Source: a bacterium (GTDB taxonomy: Bacteria > Bacillota > Clostridia > TANB77 > RGIG9151). Taken from it: a stretch of DNA of 15,997 nucleotides. The position numbers and the translations under genes were made by a program. A model generated the notes under the pieces. That model searched no databases. It was not told the DNA's origin and worked only from the letters and a program-made list of their open reading frames with translations. Position 1 is the stretch's first letter, and each line of letters starts with the position of its first letter. Positions 14,831 to 15,997 of this stretch are shown one piece after another. The stretch is from the NCBI GenBank assembly GCA_963635575.1, contig CAVHFU010000032.1:1-15997 (forward strand). The letters run 5' to 3'.

Positions 14831-15250
14831 ATGATGATGATACCAAGAAGAAATGATTTTGATTTATGGAGTGATATGTTTAGAGATTCTTTCTTTACAG
14901 AGCATGAAGCTAAGATGATGAAAACAGATATTAAAGAAGAAAAGGACAGATTTCTAATAGACATTGACTTGCCAGGTTATAATAAAGAAGATGTAAAAAT
15001 TTCAGTAGAAGATGGATACTTAAATGTTCAAGCAACAATGGATTCTAGTAAAGAAGAAAAAGGAAATGGTAAGTTTGTAAGAAGAGAAAGATATGTAGGA
15101 AGTTGTTCTAGAAACTTCTATGTAGGCGATGAAGTTAAGAGCGAGGAGATAAAAGCTTCTTTGAAAAACGGAATTTTGAAATTGGAAATTCCTAAGAAAG
15201 ATGAGACTAAAAAGTTGCCTGAAAAGAAATACATTGCAATTGAAGATTAA
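14831..15250 (+). CDS. Hsp20/alpha-crystallin family small heat-shock protein
   Basis: 139 aa. The alpha-crystallin domain DIKEEKDRFLIDIDLPGYNKEDVKISVEDGYLNV...RRERYVGSCSRNFYV...ASLKNGILKLEIPK resembles clostridial Hsp18. GGGAGAG SD upstream. Confidence 0.92.
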   Translation: MMMIPRRNDFDLWSDMFRDSFFTEHEAKMMKTDIKEEKDRFLIDIDLPGYNKEDVKISVEDGYLNVQATMDSSKEEKGNGKFVRRERYVGSCSRNFYVGDEVKSEEIKASLKNGILKLEIPKKDETKKLPEKKYIAIED

Positions 15251-15256
15251 TGTGTT

Positions 15257-15294
15257 AAATATGCAGAGTTTAAAAAAACTCTGCATATTTTTTG
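15257..15294 (+). terminator. Rho-independent terminator
   Basis: 15-bp stem aaatatgcagagttt / aaactctgcatattt with a 4-nt loop, followed by a T-run. Confidence 0.85.
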
Positions 15295-15357
15295 TCATTT
15301 TATAGTCACTTAAATTTTGTATAGTTAAGTTATAATTAGAAAAGTTAGGTGATGAAA

Positions 15358-15558
15358 ATGAGAATATTAGAAGAAATATCCACACATGCCGCTGGTGGAG
15401 ATGCAATGGTAATTGTTTTAGAAGGAAAAGGAAGATTTACAATTGGCGGTGACATATATGTATTAGAAGAGAGACAAACAATCGTTATGCCTAAAGATAT
15501 TCCTCATAGTGTTTTTGGAGAAGAGAAATTTAAAATGTTGCTTGTAGTTTCATTCTAG
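15358..15558 (+). CDS. Short cupin-domain protein, possibly an N-terminally truncated remnant
   Basis: The C-terminal cupin strands are recognisable (AMVIVLEGKGRFTIGGDIYVLEERQTIVMPKDIPHSVFGEEKFKMLLVV). Only about 66 aa are present, against the roughly 100 aa usual for such proteins. ATG 15358 lies 6 nt after AGGTG. Only about 60 nt separate it from the upstream terminator, so there is no room for the missing strands. Confidence 0.5.
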   Translation: MRILEEISTHAAGGDAMVIVLEGKGRFTIGGDIYVLEERQTIVMPKDIPHSVFGEEKFKMLLVVSF

Positions 15559-15584
15559 TAGAAAGTAACTATGGAATTTGGGAG

Positions 15585-15617
15585 CTGTAAAAAATGAGTT
15601 TTTACAGTTCTTTTTTT
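15585..15617 (+). terminator. Weak AT-rich hairpin plus T-run after the cupin ORF
   Basis: ctgtaaaaa(a) / tttttacag stem with a tgag loop, followed by ttcttttttt. The stem is almost all A/T, so function is uncertain. Confidence 0.35.
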
Positions 15618-15623
15618 GTACTA

Positions 15624-15652
15624 TTGACAGACACCCCTGAGGGGTGTACAAT
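15624..15652 (+). promoter_or_regulatory. csoR promoter with a CsoR-type operator filling the spacer
   Basis: -35 TTGACA (15624-15629), 17-nt spacer, -10 TACAAT (15647-15652). The spacer contains the perfect palindrome ACACCCCT-g-AGGGGTGT (15631-15647), the C4/G4 inverted-repeat style known for CsoR operators. Confidence 0.75.
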
Positions 15653-15685
15653 TTCCTTAGCAAGTAATAAGGAGATGATGTTTTG

Positions 15686-15997
15686 ATGAGCTGTGAAAAG
15701 TGCAGTAAATGTCAGATGTGCCAAAAATCTACGCATAGGACAGACGAGGAGAAAAAGCAACTTACCAAGAGATTGAACATAATAGAGGGGCAAATAAGAG
15801 GAATAAAGCAAATGATTGAAGATGACAGGTATTGTGCGGATATATTAATGCAATTATCAGCCATTGGGAAATCTTTAGAAGGTGTTGAAATGCAAATAAT
15901 GGAAAGCCATATATCAAATTGTGTCGCCTCCGAGATTAAAGCCGGAAATTCGGAAATAGTAAAAGAGGTAATGGAATTGTTTAGGAGATTAAGGTGA
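15686..15997 (+). CDS. csoR: CsoR-family (DUF156) metal-sensing transcriptional repressor, Cu(I)-type C-H-C signature, with Cys-rich N-terminal extension
   Basis: Core LTKRLNIIEGQIRGIKQMIEDDRYCADILMQLSAI...ESHISNC carries the Cys ... His-x3-Cys ligand pattern. The TGA stop falls exactly at 15995-15997. The start is ATG 15686, or TTG 15683, downstream of AAGGAG (15669-15674). Confidence 0.88.
   Translation: MSCEKCSKCQMCQKSTHRTDEEKKQLTKRLNIIEGQIRGIKQMIEDDRYCADILMQLSAIGKSLEGVEMQIMESHISNCVASEIKAGNSEIVKEVMELFRRLR

Noticed and set aside
1-15997. CRISPR arrays, tandem repeats, IS elements, integrases, tRNA or rRNA genes.
   Set aside because: I saw no regularly spaced direct repeats, transposase- or integrase-like ORFs, or tRNA/rRNA-like sequence. 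I therefore describe the left-hand mosaic region only as compositionally foreign, not as a defined mobile element.

Overview
The window looks like chromosome from a low-GC, strictly anaerobic Firmicute (Clostridia-like). GC is about 30-35% in the core genes by hand count of sample lines. It has three parts. (1) Positions 1-2.7 kb form a compositionally mosaic accessory patch. It holds an intact, GC-richer rhuM-family gene, a very AT-rich AAA/DUF4143 ATPase gene with its own consensus promoter, and a decayed, frameshifted remnant of a second AT-rich rhuM copy. (2) Housekeeping apt lies convergent with a secreted beta-solenoid/Big_2 surface protein, and the two share a perfect bidirectional hairpin terminator. 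(3) The centrepiece is an 8.4-kb, seven-gene, essentially gap-free operon: rex, adhE, thioredoxin-like [2Fe-2S] ferredoxin, sensory-type [FeFe]-hydrogenase (HydS-like, PAS domain), PP2C/SpoIIE phosphatase, YfcE-type phosphodiesterase, and a catalytic-type multi-cluster [FeFe]-hydrogenase. This places a putative H2/redox-sensing signalling module between the ethanol-forming and H2-forming enzymes. Related hydS/hfs-type clusters are known, but their signalling mechanism is not established, and this version has an unusual composition: no kinase, an added YfcE, and rex and adhE co-transcribed. Downstream lie an orphan monocistronic gene, a small EamA-type membrane protein, an Hsp20 gene whose promoter is overlapped by a CIRCE operator, a short (possibly truncated) cupin, and a csoR repressor whose C4-N-G4 palindromic operator sits in its own promoter spacer. 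I recognised no rRNA, tRNA, CRISPR array, transposase or integrase.
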